Source: an uncultured bacterium (GTDB taxonomy: Bacteria; Babelota; Babeliae; Babelales; Vermiphilaceae). Taken from it: DNA of 64,000 nt. Both the position numbers and the translations under genes were made by a program. A model generated the notes under the pieces. The model saw only the letters and a program-made list of their open reading frames with translations, did not search any database and had not been told where the DNA came from. Shown here piece after piece: positions 9,370 through 19,084 of the stretch. The DNA is taken from assembly GCA_963701085.1 (NCBI GenBank), contig OY969561.1:128001-192000 (forward strand), written 5' to 3'. How positions within the stretch are numbered: the first letter of the stretch is position 1; each line of letters begins with the position of its first letter.

Positions 9370-10161
9370 ATGTATAATAATATTTTTCGGTTTGCAGATA
9401 TTTTTTGCAAGTTAGTGAGAACGCGGTTTTTTATTACACGTCAAGAGCTTGTTGGTAAAACTATCAATCTTTATATTTGGGTGTTTTGTTCATTGGTGGT
9501 GATGGGTTATATTATGCAATCTTTTGGGCTTGCATCCAATTATGGTTGTTTTCAGTTGGCAACAGTTATTGGCACGGTAGGGCTTTTTGAAGTCTATGGT
9601 AATGCGCTTAGAAGTATTGTTGATTTTGAGGGAGATCGGCATATTGGTTATTATCTTACCTTGCCCGTGCGCCCGGCAGTTGTTTTGTTGAGTATGATTA
9701 GTTCCTATGTATTGATGGGAATTTTACTCAGTTTATTAGTGTTACCTTTTGGCGCACTCATTCTTTTTAATAGTTTTTGTGCTGCCGATGTTTCATGGTT
9801 AAAGTTTGCGATTATATTGGTACTGGCCAATATTTTTTATGGGGCATTTACAATAGCAGTTACTTCACACGTGGGCGCGTTATCAAAAATGGAAAATATT
9901 TGGTCACGCTTTATTTTTCCTCTCTGGTTTATGGGAGGATTTCAGTTTTCGTGGGTATCAATCTACAAACTTTCATCGCCGTTGGCATATGTTTTGTTGT
10001 GTAATCCTATCATGTTTATTATGGAAGGTACGCGTGCTGCATTGTTGGGGCCACAGGATTGTTTGCCGTGGGGTGTCTGTTGTGTAGCATTGTGTGGCTT
10101 TACTGTTGCATGTTGGTTTTATGCATATTACAAGGTGAAGCGCTTGCTTGATTTTGTATAA
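9370..10161 (+). CDS. ABC-2 type transporter permease
   Basis: About six TM segments, NP...EG.R motif; follows the ATPase. Confidence 0.85.
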   Translation: MYNNIFRFADIFCKLVRTRFFITRQELVGKTINLYIWVFCSLVVMGYIMQSFGLASNYGCFQLATVIGTVGLFEVYGNALRSIVDFEGDRHIGYYLTLPVRPAVVLLSMISSYVLMGILLSLLVLPFGALILFNSFCAADVSWLKFAIILVLANIFYGAFTIAVTSHVGALSKMENIWSRFIFPLWFMGGFQFSWVSIYKLSSPLAYVLLCNPIMFIMEGTRAALLGPQDCLPWGVCCVALCGFTVACWFYAYYKVKRLLDFV

Positions 10162-10168
10162 GATTATT

Positions 10169-10201
10169 GAGGGGCACTCGCATAGAGTGTCTCTTTTTTT
10201 T
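10169..10201 (+). terminator. Intrinsic terminator
   Basis: GGCACTC/GAGTGTC stem followed by a T tract. Confidence 0.7.
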
Positions 10202-10296
10202 ATTGCATCGAATGTGTTATTGATTGTTTTTGTTATATTGCTTTTGAATATGAATTATAGTGCAGTGTGAAGTTGAGAAGATGGAAGATGGGAATA

Positions 10297-10893
10297 ATGA
10301 AAACCAACAGAGTATCTATTTATTTTTTTTTGACGATAGTCATATCTTTTGTGCAGCCGTTGCACAGCATGGAGAATGCAACAACTATGTCTGTAAATGA
10401 ACGCCTTGCATGGCAGATTGTGCTGATGCATGGGGTTGCATTGTTCAATTATGAAATGATTGATTCTTTAGTTGTGAGCAAAAATCATGATGCAATTTTA
10501 CGCAGTACTGCTGAATGCAGAAAACAATTTTTTATGCAAAAACATCCACACTTCAAAGAAGTAAACGATCTTGAATGGAATACATATGGTACTGCTTGTG
10601 CTAAAGTGCAATGGGGTAAAAAATTAAATAGACAACAGATCCCATTGATGACTTTTTTGGAATTTCCAGCTTTGCTCAAAGCTTTTTTGAATTCAACAGT
10701 CATAGTGTTTGATAGCTATGACAAAACATATGCCCTCGAAGGTGTAGAAATTCATAAAAACTATCAGAAATGGAAACAATATTTTTCTACACCACAATAT
10801 ACTTCATTTAATGATTTGCCAAAATTTATACGTAAAGCAATTGTTGGGCGTTATAAGGCGCAATATGAACTGAGGAAGAAAATTATTTGTTGA
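10297..10893 (+). CDS. Secreted hypothetical protein
   Basis: Signal ...LHS|ME; C-terminal FNDLPKFIRKAI motif. Confidence 0.65.
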   Translation: MKTNRVSIYFFLTIVISFVQPLHSMENATTMSVNERLAWQIVLMHGVALFNYEMIDSLVVSKNHDAILRSTAECRKQFFMQKHPHFKEVNDLEWNTYGTACAKVQWGKKLNRQQIPLMTFLEFPALLKAFLNSTVIVFDSYDKTYALEGVEIHKNYQKWKQYFSTPQYTSFNDLPKFIRKAIVGRYKAQYELRKKIIC

Positions 10894-10983
10894 GTTGTTT
10901 TGGATAAATGATCTTGCTTATGTGTAAAGTGATTGTGTATACATGCGATAGAGGTTGTTAAAATTTTTATCCATTGGAAACTT

Positions 10984-12168
10984 ATGAAACGTTGGTTGAA
11001 TAGAAATATGATTGGTTTTTGTTCAGCCAGCTTTTTTGGTGATTGGTGCCATGAAATGAGCACGGGTATTTTGCCAATGTTTGTTGCGCAGTTAGTAGGC
11101 CCAATGTATGCACCGCTTGTACTTGGATCAATTCAGGGATTTGCCGATGCAGGCGCTACCGCTACAAAATTATTATCTGGATGGCTTGCTGATCGAGTTC
11201 CTTTTTATAAACCATTTTTAATTGTTGGCTATGGAATTGCAGGGTTCTTTCTTGCATTAATTGGAGCCGCGCATTCAATAGGGATGGTGTTTGTCTGTAA
11301 AATAGCGGCATGGCTTGCAAAGGGCATCAGGGAACCAATGCGTGATACCTGGATTGCTAAAATTGTTCCACCCATGTTTTATGGACGTGCTTTTGGTTTG
11401 CAGCGGGCATGGGATACGTTGGGTGCATTAATTGGTCCAGTATCGGTATTTTTTTTATTAAAGATGAACTTCTCATTACCATCAATTTTTTTCTTATCTT
11501 CTATTCCTGCGGCATTTTCTGTTCTTTCCATCGTGTTTTTGACGCAAGAAGAAAAGCGAGAAACAAATCGCGCTCATGCGCTTCATTTTGTTGAGCAGAT
11601 TAAAATGTTGCCATCAGATTTTATTGTTTTTTTATGGATAATGTTTTTATTTGGTCTTGGGAATTTTAATCAAGCATTACTTATTTATCGTGTTCAGGAT
11701 TTGTTGGGGTATGAGCATTCATTTTTGGTTGCAACAACAAGTGGCGTCTTGTTGTATGCATTTTTTAATATTGTTCGTGCTTGTAGTGAATTTGGCATGG
11801 GTGCTTTGAGTGATTACGTGAACAGGAAACTGTTGTTAGCACTTTTTGGCTTTGGGTTCTTTGGAATAACCGCGCTTGGTTTTATGGTGGAAACAACCAA
11901 TCTGTGGTTTTGGTTGATCTTTTTTGGATGCGCTGGGTTAAGCGCTGGTACGGTAAAAGCATTGGAAAAGGCCCATGCAGCATTTATTTTGCCCGAGTCT
12001 ATCCGTGGCACTGGATTGGGGTTGTTGCAATCAGTTGATGGGGTTGGTGATCTGCTTTCGAGCATTATTGTTGGTGGGCTTTGGACGATATTTTCCCCAT
12101 TTATTGGCCTTTTTTATGCATTTGCGCTAAGCTTAATAGCAATGATATGTTTAATTGTCAAAAAATAA
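10984..12168 (+). CDS. MFS transporter
   Basis: About 12 TM segments; GWLADR and GALSDYVNRK motif-A-like loops; GRAFG..RAWDT.GA. Confidence 0.9.
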   Translation: MKRWLNRNMIGFCSASFFGDWCHEMSTGILPMFVAQLVGPMYAPLVLGSIQGFADAGATATKLLSGWLADRVPFYKPFLIVGYGIAGFFLALIGAAHSIGMVFVCKIAAWLAKGIREPMRDTWIAKIVPPMFYGRAFGLQRAWDTLGALIGPVSVFFLLKMNFSLPSIFFLSSIPAAFSVLSIVFLTQEEKRETNRAHALHFVEQIKMLPSDFIVFLWIMFLFGLGNFNQALLIYRVQDLLGYEHSFLVATTSGVLLYAFFNIVRACSEFGMGALSDYVNRKLLLALFGFGFFGITALGFMVETTNLWFWLIFFGCAGLSAGTVKALEKAHAAFILPESIRGTGLGLLQSVDGVGDLLSSIIVGGLWTIFSPFIGLFYAFALSLIAMICLIVKK

Positions 12169-12200
12169 TCTGTTTACTGTTTTGATTGAGGTTGCAACTG

Positions 12201-12677
12201 ATGCAAGAGATAAATGTTTTAATAGAAATCCCAAAAAGCTCGCTCGTAAAGTACGAAATTGATAAAGATACGGGATTGCTCGTTGTTGATCGTTTTATTT
12301 ATACTGCCATGGGTTATCCATTTAATTACGGGTATTTGCCAAATACTAAATCTAAAGATGGCGATGCTGTTGACGTTATGGTTGTTTCCACCTATCCAGT
12401 GCAGGCGGGTTCTATATTGCCATCACGCGTGATTGGTATGCTTGAGATGGAAGATGAAGCAGGGATTGATAATAAAATCATTGCCGTGCCAACCAAAAAA
12501 GTTGATCCATTTTATGCAAGCATTCAAGACCTTTCTGATTTGAATGAAGCGACCAAAAATTTAATTAAGCATTTTTTTGAGAATTATAAAGACATTGAGC
12601 CAGGTAAATGGACTAAGGTTAAAAATTTCCTTGGCAAGGAAGATGCATGGCGAGAAATAGACGAAAGTATGCTATAA
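12201..12677 (+). CDS. ppa: Inorganic pyrophosphatase (family I)
   Basis: IEIP, KYE.DK, YPFNYG, DGDAVD, DEAG.D.K, HFFENYK motifs. Confidence 0.95.
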   Translation: MQEINVLIEIPKSSLVKYEIDKDTGLLVVDRFIYTAMGYPFNYGYLPNTKSKDGDAVDVMVVSTYPVQAGSILPSRVIGMLEMEDEAGIDNKIIAVPTKKVDPFYASIQDLSDLNEATKNLIKHFFENYKDIEPGKWTKVKNFLGKEDAWREIDESML

Positions 12678-12705
12678 CAAAATTTACAAATGCAGATATG
12701 CTTCT

Positions 12706-12773
12706 CGCGCTCATTCTGAACTTGTTGAAGAATTAAAGCGCGCTTAACCCTTCAACAAGTTCAGGGTGAGCGC
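12706..12773. repeat. Palindromic repeat type A (both arms)
   Basis: CGCGCTCATTCTGAACTTGTTGAAG...CCCTTCAACAAGTTCAGGGTGAGCGC. Confidence 0.9.
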
Positions 12774-12789
12774 ATTTGGAAAAGTGATA

Positions 12790-13776
12790 ATGGTTAAAGT
12801 GTTTTGTGTAGTTATGTCCCTTCTAGTGCACATGCACGTTTTTGCGCAGCAAGAAATGGTTTCTTGTGCCTCACAATCATTCCATTTGGTTGATAAACAA
12901 CGTAAAGAATTTTATACAGATGATCAAGCGCATCCATGGCGTGAATTAATGGTGCGTGTGTGGTATCCAGCAGATGGTACCGATATACATAAGATATCAG
13001 ATAAGCAACGGTACTACCCGCTGCTTATTTTTTCGCATGGATTGGGCGGTGTATTTAATGGTGATAGTTATGCAACGCTGTGTGAGGCGTGTGTAAAAGC
13101 GGGGTATGTTGTAGCTACAATTTCCCATTCCTATGCATGCAAGCCGGTACAATTTTCTGATGGCCGCATAACAACTCATTCATGGTGGAATGTTGTACCG
13201 GGGTATCTGTCAGGTCGAGAAATGGATGTGTGGGAAGCCGATGTTGAATATGTGCTTAATCAGTGTGAGAAATATACACAGGATGAGCGCTCATTCTTAT
13301 ATAACAAACTTGATTTGAATAGAATTGGCATGTTTGGCCATTCATATGGTGGTGCAGCGGCAGTTCAAATGTGCCGTAAAGATCATCGTATTAAAGCGGC
13401 GATTAATCTGGATGGGCCATTGCGTGGTAATGATGCAACAGCACCATTTAATAAGCCATTACTTTTTATTATTGCGGCACCACTTTCCTATAACAATGCA
13501 TTAATGAAAGATGCAGCAATAGTTAATGATGTTGGTTGGTCACGATGTATGTATTCTCGCGAAATTTCCGTTATTAATGCATTTGCTCAAGCAATGAATA
13601 ATAATGTCTACAAAGTTGTAATAGATGGCATTCGTCATACTACATTTTCTGATGAAATATGTGCGCAACATACACTCTTGGATGATTTTTTGATTGATCC
13701 TTGCGTAGCACATACCATTATCAATTCATATGTAATTGATTTTTTTAATGAGTACTTAAAAGGAATGGAGTTTTGA
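12790..13776 (+). CDS. Secreted alpha/beta hydrolase (PAF-acetylhydrolase/dienelactone hydrolase-like)
   Basis: RELMV.VWYP, PL.IFSHG, GHSYGG nucleophile elbow, INLDG, H.TFSD. Confidence 0.85.
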   Translation: MVKVFCVVMSLLVHMHVFAQQEMVSCASQSFHLVDKQRKEFYTDDQAHPWRELMVRVWYPADGTDIHKISDKQRYYPLLIFSHGLGGVFNGDSYATLCEACVKAGYVVATISHSYACKPVQFSDGRITTHSWWNVVPGYLSGREMDVWEADVEYVLNQCEKYTQDERSFLYNKLDLNRIGMFGHSYGGAAAVQMCRKDHRIKAAINLDGPLRGNDATAPFNKPLLFIIAAPLSYNNALMKDAAIVNDVGWSRCMYSREISVINAFAQAMNNNVYKVVIDGIRHTTFSDEICAQHTLLDDFLIDPCVAHTIINSYVIDFFNEYLKGMEF

Positions 13777-15026
13777 TGAAAATAATTTTTAATGCAGCAC
13801 TTTTTTTGTTTATATCATATAACGCACAATGCATGGATATTACCCATTGCCCAAAAAATAGTAAAGAAGACGAATTTATTATGTGTATGGCGTCGATGCT
13901 GACGGTATGTAATAAGGTATATTCACAAGAAGAGTTTGAGATGTTTTGTCGTCAAAATTGGAACAATAACAAGGCTATGCGTCAAAATTTTAAAAGTTTT
14001 CTTCGTAATCCACAACCCATTACAAGTCATGAGGATGCGGTTGTTGGGAATGAATTTGTGGCGGACATGGTGCCGCATATGATGGTGTTTAATAAACATG
14101 GATGGTCAAAAGGAGATTGTGAGGCGGTTGCACGTCTACTTTGGTACAACGATGTAAAATTTCGTAGGGAATATAAAAAATCGAAACAGACATTGGTCGG
14201 GCATAGAACATTGGACAATCTCTCTGAGCACACACTTAATATAATTGGAGCATTCACCAAAAGATCTGGCAAAGATACGTTACGATGCGTTAATAGAACG
14301 CTTAACCAAAAAATAATATCACAAGATGAGTTGTATGAGCGCTATAATGAAGCAAAGAAATTAATAAATACATATTTTAAAAAAACAGAAATGAATCGAT
14401 TGTTGTGCTACAGCAGATTTACCCCCGAGCTAAAGTATGAAATGCTTGAGGCTATTAAACATAACAATGCTCCATTCATACGATATTTTTTGAGAAAATA
14501 TGATTTTACTAATGTAGATTTGTACCATTACCTTGCAGCTGCCATCAAGAGCGGTAATAGCGCTGATATATTAAAAATGTTAATTGCAGTAGGCGTTATA
14601 AATCGTATTGATCGCAGTAGTGTTACTGTATTGCAGCATGCGGTAATTAAAGGAAAAATAGAGTTGGTTAGGCAGCTTGTTGCGCATCCAGGTGTTGATA
14701 TAAATCAACAAGATGAATGGGGTAGGACTGCTTTGTTTTTGGCTGTAGAAAACATAAAACCGTTTGATCAATTATCATATGATATGATTAAAGTTCTTCT
14801 TGATGCTGGTGCAGATCATGAGATTGCTGCTATTTACAGGGACAGGACTCCGCTTGATATGGCTAATAGAATCGTTGCTCGGAAATCAAAAAAACCGTAT
14901 TGTAAAATGCATGACTGGTCTATTTTTAGAAAAAGGCGAGCTCTTTGTGAGGCTAAATCAGATCCTAAGCTTGTGTATCCTATTCATCTCATTCAACAAG
15001 CGATAGATAAGAAGTGTGGTATTTAA
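13776..15026 (+). CDS. Secreted ankyrin-repeat protein with internal F-box-like segment
   Basis: Signal ...AQC|MD; LDNLSEHTL..I.......LRCVNRTL; ankyrin motifs (DINQQDEWGRTALFLA, LLDAGAD, TPLDMA). Confidence 0.8.
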   Translation: MKIIFNAALFLFISYNAQCMDITHCPKNSKEDEFIMCMASMLTVCNKVYSQEEFEMFCRQNWNNNKAMRQNFKSFLRNPQPITSHEDAVVGNEFVADMVPHMMVFNKHGWSKGDCEAVARLLWYNDVKFRREYKKSKQTLVGHRTLDNLSEHTLNIIGAFTKRSGKDTLRCVNRTLNQKIISQDELYERYNEAKKLINTYFKKTEMNRLLCYSRFTPELKYEMLEAIKHNNAPFIRYFLRKYDFTNVDLYHYLAAAIKSGNSADILKMLIAVGVINRIDRSSVTVLQHAVIKGKIELVRQLVAHPGVDINQQDEWGRTALFLAVENIKPFDQLSYDMIKVLLDAGADHEIAAIYRDRTPLDMANRIVARKSKKPYCKMHDWSIFRKRRALCEAKSDPKLVYPIHLIQQAIDKKCGI

Positions 15027-15052
15027 TTCAACCTCCACAAGAATGATAGATG

Positions 15053-15808
15053 TTATTTTATACATTCATACACGATAGTGTAATCCTGCGCAGATGGTGT
15101 GCTGTTGTGGTCATATGCAGCAACACGTTTTATCTGTGAAAATCCTACTTCTTGAAGCAATGCGTCCATCTCTGTCGGATAGTAGAGTTTAATCTGAAAG
15201 TATTCCATTTCTGTTTTTACTATTTCTGTTTTATCAATGAGTTCGTAGCGGCAAATTACTGTTGCAATAGAGTTTTCTATGGGTAATGGCAGGGTGCTGC
15301 ACATAATGATGTTACCATCTTGTTTTTTGTACGCTTTTCCTTGCCACATGTTAGTTCTTGCAGGAACGGCATAAACCGTTTCAAGATCAAAAACAAATGT
15401 GCCGCCATCTTCTAGGAGTGAATATATTTTTTGTAAACACATTGTAATGTGTGCAGGGTCAAGAAAGAGACAAAAAGAGCTGTCCGGGATAAAAATAAGA
15501 TTGTATTGTCTGTTTACTGGAACACCTTCCAAAAACTGTTCCCATACATGTGGGGTAAGATTTTTTTGTGAACATTTAGTGCGTAGTGCTTGCAGCATGA
15601 ATGGTGATGCATCAAAACCTTCTACATTAAATCCTTCTGCCAGGTAGGGAATGAGGTAGCGTCCGCTGCCACACATTGGCTCTAAAATTGGTCCCTCTGC
15701 TTGTGCAATATAATGGCGAAAAAAAGCATATTCTTCGATAGAAGCTTTTGGTTTATCAAGGTCAAAAAATTCAGTACAAAGGTCCAGGTAGAGGGTTGGT
15801 TTTTGCAT
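15053..15808 (-). CDS. Class I SAM-dependent methyltransferase
   Basis: ILEPMCGSGR motif I, GFDAS, L...GTFVFD. Confidence 0.9.
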   Translation of the reverse strand: MQKPTLYLDLCTEFFDLDKPKASIEEYAFFRHYIAQAEGPILEPMCGSGRYLIPYLAEGFNVEGFDASPFMLQALRTKCSQKNLTPHVWEQFLEGVPVNRQYNLIFIPDSSFCLFLDPAHITMCLQKIYSLLEDGGTFVFDLETVYAVPARTNMWQGKAYKKQDGNIIMCSTLPLPIENSIATVICRYELIDKTEIVKTEMEYFQIKLYYPTEMDALLQEVGFSQIKRVAAYDHNSTPSAQDYTIVYECIK

Positions 15809-15826
15809 GGGTTACTCGTATTTTAT

Positions 15827-15864
15827 GTGCGCTTTAACCCTTCAACAGGTTCAGGGTGAGCGCG
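15827..15864. repeat. Palindromic repeat type A, right arm only
   Basis: GCGCTTTAACCCTTCAACAGGTTCAGGGTGAGCGCG, near-identical to the 3' half of the 12706 copy. Confidence 0.85.
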
Positions 15865-15876
15865 GGGAAGGATTCG

Positions 15877-18216
15877 TTACAGTCGTTGTACAAATTGTGC
15901 AACGATTTTTTTTACACCAATTTTAAATTTAATCTCCAAATGTATGTCGCCCGATGCCTTTTCTTCAATATCTTGAATTGTGCCGATACCATATTTTGCA
16001 TGCTTTACTGGCTGATTTTTTTTCCACACTGATGTGCTTTGTGTTTTTATTTCTGGTATAGCAGCATGTTGTTTTTTTGCACCCTTCGATACACCCCTAC
16101 CGGGGCACTCAGGGCGAGCGGTTTTAGAGAATTTGTTTGTTGATATATCATTAGAAAAAGAGGGCCTGCCCGCCGAAGCCTCGGCGAAGGAGGGAATATA
16201 GATATCAGAGGTTTTTTGAAGTTTTTCACCGAACCAGTCCGCACAAAATTGATGCACTTGTGCGACGCTCCAGTATGAGCAATCTTCCAGTGGTATCAGA
16301 TGTGGCGGTATTTCATGTAAAAAGCGTGAAGGTAATTGATCAATCATTTGTCCGTATGAATAACGGTGTTTTGTGTAAGAAATAAGCAGATGTTCTTTGG
16401 CACGTGTTATTCCTACATAAAACAGTCTTCGTTCTTCTTCAAGTGCATCATTAGAATTAAGGGAGCGTGTTGTTGGGATGATGCCTTCTTCAACTCCTGG
16501 TAAAATCACTAAATCAAATTCTAAACCTTTTGCGGCATGGAGAGTCATAAGAGAAACCGCATGTGTATCTCTGTTTTGTTTGCTCATTTTGTCTTGCATG
16601 AGTGCAACTTCATCAAGAAAAGCGGTAATGGTTGTGATGTTATTTGTCTCGAAGTGTTTTACCGCGTCTAATAGTTCTTTAATGTTGTCTAAGCGCGCCT
16701 GTGCTTCTTGTGGTTCATCATTGTTTTTTATGTAGCTAAGATAGCTTGCACGCACAATAATTTCTTCAAGAGCTTTACTTGGTAGCGTTGTTGGTTCAAG
16801 GCCTTTGAGGATTCCAGCAAAGCTAATGAGAGTTTCTGTTTTTGCTCTGCCCAGGCTACCGTCTGCCATACATTGTTTAATAATATCGCGCCATGTTGCA
16901 AATGGTTCATTGGCCCATCGTGTGTAAAAGTCACTTTCGAATTTATCGCCCAGTCCGCGCGTAGGAACATTAATGATTCGGAAAAAAGAGGTTCTATCAA
17001 AGGGGTTGGCGATAATTTTAAGATACGCGAGTAAGTCTTTAATCTCTTTGCGTTCATAAAATTGAATACCACCAATAATGCGATAAGGAATGGAATCTTT
17101 GAGTAGTGCTTCTTCCAGTGCGCGTGATTGTGTATGTGTGCGGTATAATATGCCAACGTTATTGAGACCATATTTGGACTTTGCAACCAACAATAATTGT
17201 GCAATTGCGCGTGCTTCTTGATACTCAGTGAGGCAGAGAAGTTTTTGTATTCTGTTATTTCCTTTTTTTTCTGACCACAATGTTTTAGGTGTTCGGCAGC
17301 TGTTGTTTTGTATGGTGTGATTTGCGATGGTCAGTATCGGTTGTACAGAACGATAATTTTGTTCAATCGTGATGATGGTGGTGCCAGGGAAGACTTTTTT
17401 AAAGTTTGCCATGTTGGTCACTGTTGCACCTCGCCACGAATAAATTGACTGATCCTCATCGCCTACAGCGCAGACAGAATCTATTGCGAGAGTATCATCA
17501 ATTAGTGACATTGCTTTAAGGAGTTCATGCTGGACTACGTTGGTGTCTTGGTACTCATCAACCAAGATGTGGCGAACTTTTTCTTGAAACCTATTTTTTA
17601 TAACATTGTTTTTTTGAAATAGGCGCAATGTTTCTAGTAATAGGTCATCAAAATCAAGTGCTTTTGAGGCTTTTTTTTCTGTTTCATACGCATTAAAAAT
17701 ATCGGTAAGCATTGGGTGCGTTAAATGTTCCGTTGCTGGGTGTGATGGATCAACGGTATGATTTTTCATCTGAGAAATCTGATACGCCGTATTTTTTGGC
17801 GTGAACTGTTTTTGCAATCCATTGCGCTGTAAAATTGCCTGAAGCATTTTTTGTTGATCATCGCTATCTAAAATTGAAAAAAATGGATTGATCAGATGTT
17901 CCTGATGTTTTTTCAGTAATTGTACACAATAGGAATGGAATGTACCGATAAACGGAAGATCGGTACGATCGCCTAAAAAAGATGCAATGCGTTCACGCAT
18001 TTCAGTTGCAGCTTTGTTGGTAAAAGTAAGCGCCACGATTGATGATGCAGCAACACCTTTGTTTAACATTAAGTGGGTAATGCGCGCGGTGATAACACGT
18101 GTTTTTCCTGAGCCGGCGCCAGCTACAACAAGGACTGATCCTGCTTCATGGTGTACAGCTTGTTTTTGAGCATTGTTGAGATTGTTTTGTAGAAAATTAT
18201 TAAAAGAGTCGCGCAT
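15877..18216 (-). CDS. pcrA: UvrD/PcrA superfamily 1 DNA helicase with C-terminal Tudor-like domain
   Basis: AGAGSGKT, TFTNKAA, VDEYQD, QNYRS, TLHAAKGLEF, EERRLFYVGITRA; C-terminal V.H.KYG.GT. Confidence 0.95.
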   Translation of the reverse strand: MRDSFNNFLQNNLNNAQKQAVHHEAGSVLVVAGAGSGKTRVITARITHLMLNKGVAASSIVALTFTNKAATEMRERIASFLGDRTDLPFIGTFHSYCVQLLKKHQEHLINPFFSILDSDDQQKMLQAILQRNGLQKQFTPKNTAYQISQMKNHTVDPSHPATEHLTHPMLTDIFNAYETEKKASKALDFDDLLLETLRLFQKNNVIKNRFQEKVRHILVDEYQDTNVVQHELLKAMSLIDDTLAIDSVCAVGDEDQSIYSWRGATVTNMANFKKVFPGTTIITIEQNYRSVQPILTIANHTIQNNSCRTPKTLWSEKKGNNRIQKLLCLTEYQEARAIAQLLLVAKSKYGLNNVGILYRTHTQSRALEEALLKDSIPYRIIGGIQFYERKEIKDLLAYLKIIANPFDRTSFFRIINVPTRGLGDKFESDFYTRWANEPFATWRDIIKQCMADGSLGRAKTETLISFAGILKGLEPTTLPSKALEEIIVRASYLSYIKNNDEPQEAQARLDNIKELLDAVKHFETNNITTITAFLDEVALMQDKMSKQNRDTHAVSLMTLHAAKGLEFDLVILPGVEEGIIPTTRSLNSNDALEEERRLFYVGITRAKEHLLISYTKHRYSYGQMIDQLPSRFLHEIPPHLIPLEDCSYWSVAQVHQFCADWFGEKLQKTSDIYIPSFAEASAGRPSFSNDISTNKFSKTARPECPGRGVSKGAKKQHAAIPEIKTQSTSVWKKNQPVKHAKYGIGTIQDIEEKASGDIHLEIKFKIGVKKIVAQFVQRL
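16082..16121. repeat. Palindromic repeat type B inside pcrA (encodes ARPECPGRGVSKG)
   Basis: CCCTTCGATAC-ACCCCTACCGGGGC-ACTCAGGGCGAGCGG; near-identical to the intergenic copy at 29814. Confidence 0.9.
16165..16194. repeat. Palindromic repeat type C inside pcrA (encodes PSFAEASAGR)
   Basis: CCTGCCCGCCGAAGCCTCGGCGAAGGAGGG, 30 nt. Confidence 0.9.
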
Positions 18217-18268
18217 TATTTCTGCCTTGCTGCTTGTTTTACATAGTATGAATTATTTTTATCTTATT

Positions 18269-18344
18269 GCGCTCGTCCTGAACTTGTTGAAGGATGTCTT
18301 CGAGCGCTCGAGGAAAACCCTTCAACAGGTTCAGGGCGAGCGCG
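18269..18344. repeat. Palindromic repeat type A (complete)
   Basis: GCGCTCGTCCTGAACTTGTTGAAGG-core with CGAGCGCTCG-CCCTTCAACAGGTTCAGGGCGAGCGC. Confidence 0.95.
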
Positions 18345-18385
18345 GGAAAGTATATAGAGAATAAGTGCAATGTTTTAAGTTTATA

Positions 18386-18428
18386 CCCTTCGATACTTTT
18401 TTGAAACAAAAAAACTCAGGGCGAGCGG
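18386..18428. repeat. Palindromic repeat type B
   Basis: CCCTTCGATAC-TTTTTTG AAA CAAAAAA-ACTCAGGGCGAGCGG. Confidence 0.9.
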
Positions 18429-18460
18429 AATGGCGGAATTACGTTTAAAGAGGCAGGGTG

Positions 18461-18919
18461 TTATACCATTTCCTCATATGATTTTTCTTCAGTAATGTAA
18501 GACCCAAGTAACGCGTCAATCTGTTTTTTAATCATGCAGCGTTTATCGTTAGTAATGTAAACACTTCGGGCAATTGCAATAAATTCATCATCAAATTCTT
18601 TGTTGCGTTCTTTGATGCGTATTGCATCTTCAATGTCCCATAACGCTTCATTAACTTTTTTTAACAATGTTTGCAGTTGCGGTACATCCAAGCGATTACC
18701 AACACACTCACCATATGTTTTTTGTAATGATGCGAGTTCGGTGCGCACATTTTTTAATTTTTCTTCATGAGTAATGCGTTCCGATTTGATCGTCAAAATA
18801 GTAATTTTATCAATCAGTTCGCCATAAGAAATTGCGGCAGTCACCGTGTTGCAATTAATATGTGTGGTTGCGAGTATGCTTGCAAAAAATAGACCAGAAA
18901 AAAAATGTATCTGCTTCAT
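18461..18919 (-). CDS. DUF6165-like protein with N-terminal signal-like extension
   Basis: IS.GELIDKITIL.IK...I, VNEALWDIED.IR, ARSVY..ND.R, EEKSY motifs recognised from memory. Confidence 0.75.
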   Translation of the reverse strand: MKQIHFFSGLFFASILATTHINCNTVTAAISYGELIDKITILTIKSERITHEEKLKNVRTELASLQKTYGECVGNRLDVPQLQTLLKKVNEALWDIEDAIRIKERNKEFDDEFIAIARSVYITNDKRCMIKKQIDALLGSYITEEKSYEEMV

Positions 18920-19084
18920 GATTCTCCTTAATTAATCACGTAACCTTTTTTCTGTGTTAGTCGTACAAAAAATTAAAAATAAAGTAAAGCGGAGAGCGAT
19001 CTATAAATTTTTATATTGATATTTTTGGTATATCGATATAGAGTATGGCGGTGAAATATCAATTCTTAAAAAAAAGGTTTTCTC

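Noticed and set aside
16082-16121. CTGA...GAA core of the repeats as a hammerhead ribozyme
   Set aside because: It lacks the full CUGANGA and GAAA core and the three-stem junction.
18173-18364. ORFs 18173..18364, 22665..23009, 22670..22912, 24621..24953 and 26669..27007 sharing peptides such as LQQVQGER or LNLLK
   Set aside because: They are shadow translations of the repeats, which are poor in stop codons, not independent genes.
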